Below the pieces are notes generated by a model that saw only the letters and a list, made by a program, of their open reading frames with translations, did no database searches and was not told the origin of the DNA. From Bacteroidota bacterium (GTDB lineage: Bacteria > Bacteroidota > Ignavibacteria > Kapaibacteriales > UBA2268), in assembly GCA_048267165.1 (NCBI GenBank), contig JBLWYD010000001.1, forward strand, positions 128,073 to 192,072: a stretch of DNA of 64,000 bases. Reading direction: 5' to 3'. Position 1 is the stretch's first letter, and each line of letters opens with the position of its first letter. The translations under genes and the position numbers were made by a program. Below are positions 8,369 to 18,274 of the stretch, piece after piece.

Positions 8369-9899
8369 CGCTTATCTCCGATGGTAAATTCCTGCTAAAA
8401 AGCACAACTTGTTCTTTTAGATGTGCAGCAGGTACATTAATTGCATAAAAATAGACAGTTGCAAAATTTGGGACTTGCCTGTTATCGATAGTCCAAGAAG
8501 CAACTTTTTTCCATTCATTGGGGACGTAATTAAAGCTATCTTCATTATAAATTATTGCAATTTTTGAATTTCTATCATAAGCTAATCTTGCAACCAAATC
8601 TTGGTCTATGTCACCATTTTTCAACTTATAGTCAACTACTTCATAGTTTGCCAATCCCCAAACATCAATGTATTTGGCATTAGTGTAATAAGATGTAGTA
8701 CCAATATCGTTTAGTACTATTTCACTATCATTATAATATTCTTTTATAAACTCTGACATCTGGTATTGTTGATTGTATATATTCTGCATACCATACCTAT
8801 AATCAAAAGTATTCGGGAAAGTACGAAGCACTATGAAAACAGCAATTATAACAAACGGAACAAACTTAGTTTTCTTAGCATTGCCGAATTTATCATATAT
8901 AAATGCCAATGAAACTAATGCTAATGCAAAGAGATACGCTTCATATCGTGCAAGCCACCCTATTTTGGCAAAAGACCCATGAAGTATAAAAACAGTTAAT
9001 GTAATAAACGAAAACCAATAAGAAACGTCGAATTTCTTCTCCTTGAATTTCCATATAACAGCACTAATAACTAGCAAAAGAGCAGCACCATAGTCTGGAA
9101 ATTCTATCATACTCTTTACCCAACGGAACAAGTACTTAGCGTAATATATCAAATCTGCATCACCGCTCCGAACACCTTTTATAAGCACACTATTGGGTAG
9201 AAAACTTTCGCCATTCAGAATAGAAATATATCCGAATATTGCTAAAGGAAGTAGAGTTATAATTCCGAAGATGATTGCATTTTTGAACTGCTTTCTATAA
9301 AGTAAAATCAAACCGACAACGAAAGCAAGAAAAAGAGTTTCGTACCTAGCCATAGTAGCTAGTGATGTAACCACTGAAAGACTAACTATAAGCTTCGTAT
9401 TATTATAATCATTTCCGAAGTACTTAGCAGCTCTAGTAATAGCCAATAAGATAAGCCAGATATGAAGAGTATGTTCCATAGAGAGAAAAGCAATATGGTA
9501 GAGAGGGACGATAAGTACAAATGCAAAAGCAAGTATAATATACCTGTCAGCACTGAAGTTCATAGCCCTTATGGCTTTTTCGAAAGCGAATAGGCACCCA
9601 ATACTAGAGACTATATTAATAATGAATAGAGTCGATAACCCACCAAACCCCATGAAGAAGAAAAAGGATATAATCAGTGTATATAGCAGAGAAGAGCTAG
9701 ATGAGTTGAAAGTATCGGCCATTGGCCCCCAACTACCATTCAAAGCTAGGTTTTTACCAATAGCAAGGTGTATATATGGGTCATCCATAGGAAAAGCGAA
9801 GTTCAGACCAGCCAATAAATAGCCCCCATAAAACTCCATCAGATAGAGGATAATGAAGATCAGAGCTACGAATAATGTATTTTTCCTGTAGGTACTCAA
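8343..9899 (-). CDS. polytopic membrane protein, GT-C-fold (ArnT/PMT-like) glycosyltransferase candidate
   Basis: At least 10 predicted TM helices, an acidic first-loop motif FPMDDPYIHLAIGKNL, and a C-terminal soluble domain. The function is inferred from architecture only. Confidence 0.7.
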   Translation of the reverse strand: MSTYRKNTLFVALIFIILYLMEFYGGYLLAGLNFAFPMDDPYIHLAIGKNLALNGSWGPMADTFNSSSSSLLYTLIISFFFFMGFGGLSTLFIINIVSSIGCLFAFEKAIRAMNFSADRYIILAFAFVLIVPLYHIAFLSMEHTLHIWLILLAITRAAKYFGNDYNNTKLIVSLSVVTSLATMARYETLFLAFVVGLILLYRKQFKNAIIFGIITLLPLAIFGYISILNGESFLPNSVLIKGVRSGDADLIYYAKYLFRWVKSMIEFPDYGAALLLVISAVIWKFKEKKFDVSYWFSFITLTVFILHGSFAKIGWLARYEAYLFALALVSLAFIYDKFGNAKKTKFVPFVIIAVFIVLRTFPNTFDYRYGMQNIYNQQYQMSEFIKEYYNDSEIVLNDIGTTSYYTNAKYIDVWGLANYEVVDYKLKNGDIDQDLVARLAYDRNSKIAIIYNEDSFNYVPNEWKKVASWTIDNRQVPNFATVYFYAINVPAAHLKEQVVLFSRNLPSEISVEYFKEEQ

Positions 9900-10069
9900 A
9901 TGAAACTTTTTATTTTTTATAATTTATTAGTAATACAAAGATATTATTTTATTGATTTCAAGCGAATTATATATATAAAAGAAACAATCTAATAATTATA
10001 CTTTGAAAATAATCGAAAACTGCATAACTTCGTAGATAATATTATCCACATTATTACGTAAAGATAATC

Positions 10070-10441
10070 ATGCCAACACAAAGTATATTAATGGAATACT
10101 TGCCCCTAATACTCATGTTAGTGGTAGGAGCGGTGATAGGGATACAGTTTACGCTGTTTTCCGAATGGCTGGGTGCCAAAAGATTTACAAAAGAAAAACA
10201 AACAACTTACGAAAGTGGGATGATACCTTACGGTAGCGCATCCGATAGATTTTCAATCAAGTTTTATCTAACGGCCGTTAGTTTTCTAGTATTCGATATT
10301 GAGGTAGTATTCATCTACCCATGGGCGGTACAGCTACGAGAGCTAGGCATGCAAGGATTTATAGCCATGTCTATATTCCTAGTAGTGTTACTAATTGGCT
10401 TAATTTATGAGATTAAAAAAGGTGGTCTGAAATGGGACTAA
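10070..10441 (+). CDS. nuoA: NADH-quinone oxidoreductase subunit A
   Basis: Three TM helices, YESGM...[23 protein letters not shown] signature. Confidence 0.95.
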   Translation: MPTQSILMEYLPLILMLVVGAVIGIQFTLFSEWLGAKRFTKEKQTTYESGMIPYGSASDRFSIKFYLTAVSFLVFDIEVVFIYPWAVQLRELGMQGFIAMSIFLVVLLIGLIYEIKKGGLKWD

Positions 10442-11040
10442 GTTTTACAAAAACAGTAGAAGAAAACGGTTTCCTAACTACAAGTGTAGAAGAGCTAATC
10501 AAATGGGGACAGAAGAACGCACTATGGCCTATGCCATTGGGTATTTCTTGCTGTGCTATAGAGATGATGGCTATGGGTGCTACTAGATTCGACGTAGCTC
10601 GTTTCGGTATGGAAGTAATGCGTATGACTCCGAGACAAGCAGACGTGCTATTAGTAGCCGGTACTGTAACTAAGAAGATGTCATGGGTAGTGAGACGTAT
10701 ATATGACCAAATGCCTGACCCTAAGTGGGTAATAGCTATGGGCGTATGTGCTTCTTCTGGCGGTATGTTCAGAAGCTATTCTGTATGCCAAGGGATAGAT
10801 AAATTCCTTCCTGTTGATGCTTATGTATCAGGATGTCCACCGAGACCAGAATCTGTAATCAGAGCCCTAATGTCTATCCAAGATAGAATAGATCAGAAAT
10901 ACAGACCTGCAATCGCTAATTTGGGCAAATCAATCACTGATACTCCTAGACAAGATTTCTTCGATTCGAAGTTCGCTGGTGTTAAAGGACTATACTCACT
11001 TGATGAGAAACAAGCTCCGCGCGAACAAACTCAGAAATAG
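10432..11040 (+). CDS. nuoB: NADH-quinone oxidoreductase subunit B
   Basis: N2-cluster Cys pattern ([26 protein letters not shown]). The start overlaps the nuoA stop. Confidence 0.95.
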   Translation: MGLSFTKTVEENGFLTTSVEELIKWGQKNALWPMPLGISCCAIEMMAMGATRFDVARFGMEVMRMTPRQADVLLVAGTVTKKMSWVVRRIYDQMPDPKWVIAMGVCASSGGMFRSYSVCQGIDKFLPVDAYVSGCPPRPESVIRALMSIQDRIDQKYRPAIANLGKSITDTPRQDFFDSKFAGVKGLYSLDEKQAPREQTQK

Positions 11041-11063
11041 TACGAAAAAAGAAAAAAACAACG

Positions 11064-11095
11064 AAAGCTCGCTTAATATAAGTGGGCTTTTTTTG
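11064..11095 (+). terminator. rho-independent terminator directly after nuoB
   Basis: 10-bp stem AAAGCTCGCT / AGTGGGCTTT (two G-U pairs), 7-nt loop, then TTTTTTT. Confidence 0.7.
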
Positions 11096-11266
11096 TATTA
11101 AGCTATTTAGAGCCGTAATGCTTACTTCTAATTCTAATAAAGCATTGAGTACCTCTGCTTATGGAAGTCTATTCAGTGAATCTAGGGTTATAAAATTCTA
11201 AAAAAAAATCCAGCTATAAAGTATAACTTTACAACTGGATTAATACTATAATCTTTATTAATTATC

Positions 11267-11791
11267 TTAGTTTTCTACGTCAGGTTGAACTGCCCAGAAA
11301 AAGCCATCAGTTACCACTATTTCCGATTTATCATCAGCCACAAAAGTACCACTGAAATAACCCTTCACTTTCCCAGTATAAGTATAATTTTCACCCAACT
11401 GACCTACTTCAGTTAATGTGATTTTAGCTGTACCGCGTTCATTATCGGCATAGTACAATTTTGAACCGTGTTTAAACTGTACATTGTATCTTCTGAAAAG
11501 ATTATCGCCTACTGTGTTCTCATAAGTACCAGTTGCGTTCGGTAGTGTACGCAGTTGTATTCCAGTCGAGTTAGGTGCGACTATCATCATATAGTCACGA
11601 ACTGGGTCATGTGACCTTACTTTACATTCGGTAAATGTAAAAGGAGACCCACCTACTTTATATTGCATCCCTTCTTTTGTAAAAGGGTTATTGCTGTTAC
11701 CACCATCAGTAGGGTTAGTTGACTCATCGTCACTACACCCAGCTAAAATCAGCATAAATAGTAAAATCGAAATGCCTAATACTTTTTTCAT
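11267..11791 (-). CDS. lipoprotein, hypothetical
   Basis: Lipobox ILAGC|SDDE; no family recognised. Confidence 0.75.
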   Translation of the reverse strand: MKKVLGISILLFMLILAGCSDDESTNPTDGGNSNNPFTKEGMQYKVGGSPFTFTECKVRSHDPVRDYMMIVAPNSTGIQLRTLPNATGTYENTVGDNLFRRYNVQFKHGSKLYYADNERGTAKITLTEVGQLGENYTYTGKVKGYFSGTFVADDKSEIVVTDGFFWAVQPDVEN

Positions 11792-11844
11792 AAAATCTCC
11801 ATTAATATGATGACTAAAATATATTTGCTAAAATACTATTATAA

Positions 11845-11880
11845 AACATAAAAACCCAACTAAAAATTTAGCTGGGTTCT
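11845..11880 (-). terminator. rho-independent terminator after the 547-aa gene
   Basis: On the minus strand: AACCCAGCTA...TAGTTGGGTT hairpin followed by TTTTTATGTTTT. Confidence 0.6.
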
Positions 11881-11908
11881 TTAAAAATCACATTAGAATA
11901 AAACCAAC

Positions 11909-13552
11909 TTATTTTAATAGTTTATATCGTACTAAATAAAATTCATCTTGATTAATTAATGTAACATATTCATTATTTCCTATCGAGAATTGGGAACCAG
12001 GAAAATATGAGGCAACACCATCATTTTCGAATAATGAAATTTCTTCTATCTTTTCACCAGTCGTCAAGTTATATTTTATTCTTCTAATCTCATCCTCTGG
12101 TTCAGTTGTGGAGTAAATAAATGATATGTCATTAGAAGTTACATTCGGTACTAGATTCACATGAGAAGCATTGTTAGAACCGAAATAAGAATTGGAAGGG
12201 TTCCCAAATATATTTCCATTAACATATATTTCTCTATCAATAAAGTTATTCCATTTTACATTCAAATCTTTATCCAGAGCAAAAAGATTTATATCATTAA
12301 AAAAATATAAATACGTATACGATGTGCCATATTTTGATGTAGTTACTATAACGTGCAATTTGTTATTCTCTGCAAGTACGACATATCCATCATCTTTTTC
12401 GATGACTTTATTTATCACATTGAACTTCAAATCATCATCTTCATTATTAATTGTCTCTCCTTCATCTTCAGTCAAAAACTGCTCCTTGAATTCGAAATCC
12501 ATAGTATTCAAGTCAATATCAAGAATCGAAATACTCGATATTGATTCTAACTCTTGACCCTCATCACCTTCGTACCTTGAAATACCAAAAAGTTTAAGTC
12601 TATTGTTGATTAAACTTATTTTTTCAAATCTTCTATAAGCATATTCATCACCATCGATTTCTAAAGCCACTTCTTTAATTTTCTGAGTAAGTTTTCCATC
12701 TGGTGATATTTTGTTAACAGATATATATCTTTTATCTATATCATCATTAAGCCAGCTCATAACAAAATATAGATTTGATTGGTCATCTAGATAAGAATAT
12801 TGATAAGTAATATTCTCATAATCTTCGGCAGAATCTTGAAGTACTACCAATTTAGTATTTGGTAATCCACCTTCTTTATCAAAATTGGAACTAAGACCAT
12901 ACATTGTGTATTCATTGTCATCTATAATCAAATAAAAGAAGTTTTTTCTATTACTATCTGCTTCATTATAAGTAGTAGAGTAGTATCTGAAATCATTTGG
13001 TTCGATTTCTTTTTCTTCTAATCCTTTAATAAATATTGACTTATCGAACGACTTTTGTGCATATTCTAAATCATCATTATAATCTTCATAATCAAAGTCA
13101 TCTTCTTCAATTGTAGTATAGAATATTCTTGAAGTAATGGGTTTATATGTTTTCAAATCAACAATAGTTTCACGCCAATAAAACCCATCTGTTCCTCCAA
13201 AACCAAAGATAGAGCCACCCTCTCCATTTGTAAACCTTAGTTTAAGTTTACCGTCTTTTATTTTATACTCTATTAATCTCTCATCATCGTTTATTATGAA
13301 CTCTGACTTTTTCTCTGTTTTATTAGTCACAGTATTATAAACGTATATAATTGCATCATCACCATCAAGTAATAACATCAAGAATTCATTCTCATTTATC
13401 CTTTCAATAAATGAAGGTCTATCATCAAATTCATAAGAATAAACTATTTCTGATGCACCTTCGATGGGTTCTAGTTCATCTGGAATTTCGATATCATCAG
13501 CTATTAAAAAATAGCCGGAAACCATTAAAAGTAAAATAATTAATCTAGCCAA
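11909..13552 (-). CDS. secreted/anchored acidic protein, hypothetical
   Basis: N-terminal hydrophobic segment MARLIILLLMVSGYFLIA. Very Asp/Glu/Asn/Tyr/Ile-rich. Overlaps the upstream barrel gene by 13 nt. Confidence 0.75.
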   Translation of the reverse strand: MARLIILLLMVSGYFLIADDIEIPDELEPIEGASEIVYSYEFDDRPSFIERINENEFLMLLLDGDDAIIYVYNTVTNKTEKKSEFIINDDERLIEYKIKDGKLKLRFTNGEGGSIFGFGGTDGFYWRETIVDLKTYKPITSRIFYTTIEEDDFDYEDYNDDLEYAQKSFDKSIFIKGLEEKEIEPNDFRYYSTTYNEADSNRKNFFYLIIDDNEYTMYGLSSNFDKEGGLPNTKLVVLQDSAEDYENITYQYSYLDDQSNLYFVMSWLNDDIDKRYISVNKISPDGKLTQKIKEVALEIDGDEYAYRRFEKISLINNRLKLFGISRYEGDEGQELESISSISILDIDLNTMDFEFKEQFLTEDEGETINNEDDDLKFNVINKVIEKDDGYVVLAENNKLHVIVTTSKYGTSYTYLYFFNDINLFALDKDLNVKWNNFIDREIYVNGNIFGNPSNSYFGSNNASHVNLVPNVTSNDISFIYSTTEPEDEIRRIKYNLTTGEKIEEISLFENDGVASYFPGSQFSIGNNEYVTLINQDEFYLVRYKLLK

Positions 13553-14127
13553 TACACAACTCCTGCATTTAATGATGGAACTAAGCTAATATATTCATTC
13601 AAGTAAAATTTTAACTCTAAACCTACATCAACAGTTAGATTTTCATTTAGAGGTATATTAAATCCAAACTTACCATCAAAAGCAAATAATATTTCACTTA
13701 GTTGAGGATATATGAAGTTTTCATTCAATAAATCCTCTGGGTAAGTACTGCTAACGAAAGATATTATACCACCATAACCGATATAGGGAGTAAAATCATC
13801 TGGTTTATCAAAATATGTTAGACCCAATAGTTTGATGTCCGTTGAGCTAGAAGAATAACCTGGATAATCGGCAGTATTATAGCTATAAGAAGTAAATCCA
13901 ATAGCGAAATTAGCATAAGTGTTTCTATTTACTTTAAATACTCCATTCCCAAAAAAACTGAACGTTCCTTCGATTAAATCTGGACTATTACTTTCTCCAA
14001 ATCTTTCGATTGATATTACAGCTAAAGATTTATCGATTGACCCTCCAAAAGCATATTTGTTTTTTGCAGCATTTAGATTGATTGTTGCAATTAAAGTAAT
14101 TACTATTAAAATTAGTAATTTCTTCAT
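13540..14127 (-). CDS. small outer-membrane beta-barrel-like protein (paralog A)
   Basis: Signal peptide, alternating hydrophobic beta-strand pattern, C-terminus ...AGVVYWLD. Paralogous to the 14160 ORF (shared DDFTPY(I/L)GYG block). Confidence 0.7.
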   Translation of the reverse strand: MKKLLILIVITLIATINLNAAKNKYAFGGSIDKSLAVISIERFGESNSPDLIEGTFSFFGNGVFKVNRNTYANFAIGFTSYSYNTADYPGYSSSSTDIKLLGLTYFDKPDDFTPYIGYGGIISFVSSTYPEDLLNENFIYPQLSEILFAFDGKFGFNIPLNENLTVDVGLELKFYLNEYISLVPSLNAGVVYWLD

Positions 14128-14159
14128 AATCTCCTCCTATTATTAAAATTAATTTATTA

Positions 14160-14786
14160 TTATCTAATCCAATATATACTACCTACTTGAAGCTTTGGTA
14201 TTAGTCCTAAGTGTTTAGCAAAGTAGATACCAAAATCTATATCAGCAGTTACCGAAAAATTCTCATTGATGGGTATAAGTAATCCAGCCTTTATGTCAAT
14301 TGAGATTGTGAATGGTGAAAATAGATCACCCGTGATTGGCTCGTATTCATCCGAATCATAAGTTATTAGTTCATCTTGGTTAGTGTTTATGAATAAGAAT
14401 CCAAACCCATAACCCAGATAAGGTGTGAATTCGTCTGGTGGTTCCATGTAACCTATTCCATTGAATCCAATTTTGACAAAATTTCCATTTAGTTCCTTAC
14501 CATTCAAGTCAAGAAAATCATCATTTCTTACTAATGAGTTATATTCTAACGATAAGTTAAAATAGATTCTTCTTTTTGATTTATAAAGTAAATCCGCTGC
14601 AATACCAAAAGTACCATTGAGTAAACTTAATTCTTTATTATCATCTTTATTCAACTCAACACTACCAAAAGGTATTAGCCCTAGAGATTTATTCAGTTTT
14701 AAACTTAACCCTAGGTCTGTTTGTTCTGCTTTCGAAGATGAATATAGAAGTATTATAAAGAGAAAAGGTAGTAAGTACTTTGTCAT
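14160..14786 (-). CDS. small outer-membrane beta-barrel-like protein (paralog B)
   Basis: Signal peptide, DEFTPYLGYGFG block, C-terminus ...VGSIYWIR. Confidence 0.7.
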   Translation of the reverse strand: MTKYLLPFLFIILLYSSSKAEQTDLGLSLKLNKSLGLIPFGSVELNKDDNKELSLLNGTFGIAADLLYKSKRRIYFNLSLEYNSLVRNDDFLDLNGKELNGNFVKIGFNGIGYMEPPDEFTPYLGYGFGFLFINTNQDELITYDSDEYEPITGDLFSPFTISIDIKAGLLIPINENFSVTADIDFGIYFAKHLGLIPKLQVGSIYWIR

Positions 14787-14929
14787 AATTTTAGTAATTG
14801 AATGGATTGATAATCGTAATATAATAAAATTTTCAAAATTAATCCTTTCTATAGAAATGTATTTAAGAATAATAAAAATCCGTTATTAAGATGAAAACGT
14901 AGATATAGGGAATTTAAAACAAATTTTAG

Positions 14930-15640
14930 GTGAATAGAATGATAAAAAGAACTTTGTTCTCAGTTTTGCTGGTCTCTCTACTGGCATGTTCTGACGATAC
15001 TACGTCTCCAGATGGTATGGCAGATGTTAAAGTGATTTCTTCGATGAATACTAAAAGTGTTTACTCGTCTAATGCTGGAGCTTTTCAGTCTCATGGAGTG
15101 GATTCTTTAGTTGTAACTAATTTCCGAATCTTAATTTCTTCGATCAAATTGCATGGCTATAACGATATTGATGACAAACATGAGTCATTTAAAACTGGGC
15201 CGTATGTACTAAAAGCAGATTCAACTGGGAGTTTCTATTATTTATCAGAACATACTGTACCAACAGGCGATTATGATAAAATTAAATTTGAAATTCATAA
15301 ATTCCCTGAATCAGAAAGAGTTCAATATGCTGGTGATACTTTATTTGGTGAGTTTGCTACAGACGATAAATATACAATTCTGATTGATGGTTACTATTAT
15401 GAAGATGGAGAGAGATTTTCATTTGAATTCAAAAGCAATAAGACTGAAAATTTATCTTTAAAATTTGATCCTATGTTAGAATTAAATGATGATGAGACTA
15501 ATAATATTGACTTAGATATTATACCCGAGCTTCTATTTGTTACTGATGGCGCTATAATCAAACCGACGGAAGAGAACTGGAAAGAAATAGAAAAGAATAT
15601 ACATAAATCTATAAAAGCTTTGAAAAAGCATTTCAAATAA
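14930..15640 (+). CDS. lipoprotein, hypothetical
   Basis: Lipobox SLLAC|SDDT. GTG start at 14930 or ATG at 14939. Confidence 0.75.
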   Translation: MNRMIKRTLFSVLLVSLLACSDDTTSPDGMADVKVISSMNTKSVYSSNAGAFQSHGVDSLVVTNFRILISSIKLHGYNDIDDKHESFKTGPYVLKADSTGSFYYLSEHTVPTGDYDKIKFEIHKFPESERVQYAGDTLFGEFATDDKYTILIDGYYYEDGERFSFEFKSNKTENLSLKFDPMLELNDDETNNIDLDIIPELLFVTDGAIIKPTEENWKEIEKNIHKSIKALKKHFK

Positions 15641-15651
15641 GATTAGAAGAA

Positions 15652-15680
15652 AAGGCAGCTTTTGGGCTGCCTTTTTTATT
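15652..15680. terminator. bidirectional terminator between convergent genes
   Basis: AAGGCAGC (15652-15659) / GCTGCCTT (15666-15673) stem, T-run downstream, A-run upstream. Confidence 0.75.
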
Positions 15681-15700
15681 TTCTATCTCTTGAATACTTA

Positions 15701-16000
15701 CTAATTCATATTCTCTAATTCTCGTAAACCATCTGATATTTCTGATGCTCCTGAGAAAAACAGACTCATAAATAATACAAAGATTATGAAGTAGAGTACT
15801 AGGAATATGGCAGCTAATACCAACGCTCCTTTAGACCAATTACGTTTGTTCAGATTAGTATCTGACCCAAACGCCCATACGAATAACATTACTATCCCTA
15901 CTAATGGTATTGCTGTGATGAATAGTGTTATCACCCAGTCTTTGACACTCATTACACTAGTGTCTTCGGCTCTGCCGTAAGCTTGTTGAACATCTTCCAT
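15701..16000 (-). CDS. small membrane protein, hypothetical
   Basis: ATG at 16000 (MEDVQQAYG...) followed by two long TM helices. The longer ORF-track start at 16069 is less likely. Confidence 0.6.
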   Translation of the reverse strand: MEDVQQAYGRAEDTSVMSVKDWVITLFITAIPLVGIVMLFVWAFGSDTNLNKRNWSKGALVLAAIFLVLYFIIFVLFMSLFFSGASEISDGLRELENMN

Positions 16001-16084
16001 AACGAATAACCCCTTATTAATGATGAAATTGTGCATGATTAAACTATGGAATTTGTTTCGATTATGCAAATTTTATTTACTTAG

Positions 16085-18154
16085 TTAAATACTATATCTG
16101 AAATAAATATTGACACTTATACCTGGGTTGGGTACTCCATATACTGATAGGTTAGACATTGGGTCCACATATTCGCGGTTCAACAAATTCTTTCCACTCA
16201 AACCTAAAGTCAAATCTCTATCATATAGAGATACATCTGTTTGCAAGTTCAGATTAAGCAAATTGTACCACTTACCACCACTATTTGTAACCAATCTACC
16301 ATCGTTCCATATATTCATAAACTGAAGGAATTGGACAGCAATCTGTGGCTTTTTGAAAGAACCCATATTTGCGAAACTATGTTTTAATTCTAGATTCAGT
16401 TTATCAACTGGTAGATTGTAGATTATATAACTGTTAGAAATTAGATTATTTTTAGTAGTCGAGAAGCTAATATCAATATCTGTGCTACTCGTTTCCCAGG
16501 TGGAAGTAAAACCAATACCAAGCTCGAAGCCATAGAACTCTGCATCGTTTTGTATGAAATTGAATGTAGGTCTAATTTCTGGGCGTGATGGGTTTAGAAC
16601 TTTCTCTAGGTAAATGAAATCGTTAAATTTTTGGTAGAAAACTGAACCGAAATATCTGAACTCTTTAGCAGTTTCATTAAATGAAACTTCGACTGAAGAT
16701 GATCTTTCAGCATCAAGATTATTATCACCATATTCTATTCTCATAGATTCTGGTTTGTAACCAGCTGCGGCTAGTTCGTTTATATTAGGAGGACGGAAGC
16801 CAGTAGCTAAGTTTAGAGAAATCTTACTAGTATTTGAAGCCAAATAACTAGCACCCAAATTACCCGAAAAATCAGCAAAGTTCTTATCGAAATTTGCTCC
16901 GAATAGATTACTGTAGTTCTTAGTAGAGTATGCAACTCTATCCCAACTAATGCCGCCATTCAGACCCCAATCAGAAGTCTTATAATCAGATGCCAAAAAA
17001 GCGCCTGTATTAAGCACATTATTATCAGGTACAAAAGTATAAACAGCAGTGTTTTTCATATCCGAATACTCAGTTCTGATGCCTAAATTAGTCTCGAAGT
17101 TATTAGTTTGGATAATCGGGTATGCCGAGCGGAAATGGAATGCATTGGTTTGCAAACCTATGAACTTAGTCGGTACTTTTGGGTTGCCATTCAGTGGTTC
17201 AAACTCATCACGCAAATCGAGTTCCCTAGCAGCTGCTACTTGTAGAGCTTTATCGCCGATTTTAATATCAGAGTTGATTTGTAATCTATTACCAACTATC
17301 GAATGATATGGTGCTTCGAATTCGTGTGGGTATTCCTCTTCCTCAACTCCCGGAACCTCTACCTCAAAAGGATCCAGAATACCGTATAATGCAAAGTTGA
17401 GCTTATATCTAATTTTGATACTACCCCAATTCTCTTTGAAGCCATATATAGCGTCGAATCCAGTCCGCCAGAAACGTGTATTGAATGCTCGTTGATTATC
17501 AGCATACCGATAATCGCTTATAGATTTAGTATCGAAAGAAATTTTCCAAAATGAGCTTTTTCCAGTGTTACCAAGCCCCTCGATTCTACCGAAGAAGCCC
17601 AATCCATTGGTCATAAATCCCGCGTTAGTATTCAACTTTGTATCAGTCATGTTCATAGATATGTGGTCTTCGAAAAGCAACGCCCCTCCGATAGCATCAG
17701 TACCATACATCATAGTAGAAGTACCAAGCACAGCTGTCGCTTGAGTGAAGTCATTATCGTTGATTCCCAAACCGTGCAACTCATCCCACGCTTGAGTAGC
17801 GAATCCAAGACCATCTATTAGGGTTTTCACTCTTGTGCCACCCATACCTCTGATAATCGGCCTAGTTATTCCTTCACCAAAGGAAGTCATAGATATACCC
17901 GGTAGGTTTGCAAATGCTGCTGATACAGATGATGGCGAGTATTTGAATAAGTTTTCTTGGTTGATTTTAGTAATCGATTGTGATCGTAGTATGGGGGTGT
18001 GTGATATATCGGATAAGACTAAAATGTCTTGGCTTGTGTAAGTCGTAGTGTCCAATTGTTGGTATTCTGTTTGGTTTTCTATGTTTCGCGAGTATGTCCG
18101 AACTCGAACTAAAAAGATTGAAACTGTTAGCAAAAATATATACTTATAATTCAA
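16085..18154 (-). CDS. TonB-dependent receptor
   Basis: Plug-domain blocks (NLPGISMTSFGEGITRPIIRGMGGTRVKTLIDGL, GTDAIGGALLFE) and a long beta-barrel region. Confidence 0.9.
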   Translation of the reverse strand: MNYKYIFLLTVSIFLVRVRTYSRNIENQTEYQQLDTTTYTSQDILVLSDISHTPILRSQSITKINQENLFKYSPSSVSAAFANLPGISMTSFGEGITRPIIRGMGGTRVKTLIDGLGFATQAWDELHGLGINDNDFTQATAVLGTSTMMYGTDAIGGALLFEDHISMNMTDTKLNTNAGFMTNGLGFFGRIEGLGNTGKSSFWKISFDTKSISDYRYADNQRAFNTRFWRTGFDAIYGFKENWGSIKIRYKLNFALYGILDPFEVEVPGVEEEEYPHEFEAPYHSIVGNRLQINSDIKIGDKALQVAAARELDLRDEFEPLNGNPKVPTKFIGLQTNAFHFRSAYPIIQTNNFETNLGIRTEYSDMKNTAVYTFVPDNNVLNTGAFLASDYKTSDWGLNGGISWDRVAYSTKNYSNLFGANFDKNFADFSGNLGASYLASNTSKISLNLATGFRPPNINELAAAGYKPESMRIEYGDNNLDAERSSSVEVSFNETAKEFRYFGSVFYQKFNDFIYLEKVLNPSRPEIRPTFNFIQNDAEFYGFELGIGFTSTWETSSTDIDISFSTTKNNLISNSYIIYNLPVDKLNLELKHSFANMGSFKKPQIAVQFLQFMNIWNDGRLVTNSGGKWYNLLNLNLQTDVSLYDRDLTLGLSGKNLLNREYVDPMSNLSVYGVPNPGISVNIYFRYSI

Positions 18155-18213
18155 AATTTACCTCAAATTAATTGTGTGTTTACAAACATAATAAATCTGT
18201 AATAATAGCACAA

Positions 18214-18248
18214 TAAAAAAAGCAGAACATCTTTTCGATATTCTGCTT
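18214..18248 (-). terminator. rho-independent terminator after the alpha-oxoamine synthase gene
   Basis: AGCAGAA (18221-18227) / TTCTGCT (18241-18247) stem. The minus strand reads hairpin then TTTTTTT. Confidence 0.7.
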
Positions 18249-18274
18249 TAGTTTTTCTTCTTTTTATACGGGTA

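Noticed and set aside
12192-12557. Plus-strand ORFs inside the 547-aa gene; similar small ORFs inside the giant gene (47735-47929, 50985-51173, 52135-52344) and inside queE/rlmD (32999-33404, 33463-34063)
   Set aside because: They are fully nested antisense or off-frame ORFs within long, motif-supported genes, as expected by chance in such sequence.
14930-15640. Assignment of the 236-aa lipoprotein to DUF4382
   Set aside because: The overall size and lipobox fit, but the characteristic TDAP-type block is absent, so only a hypothetical lipoprotein is called.
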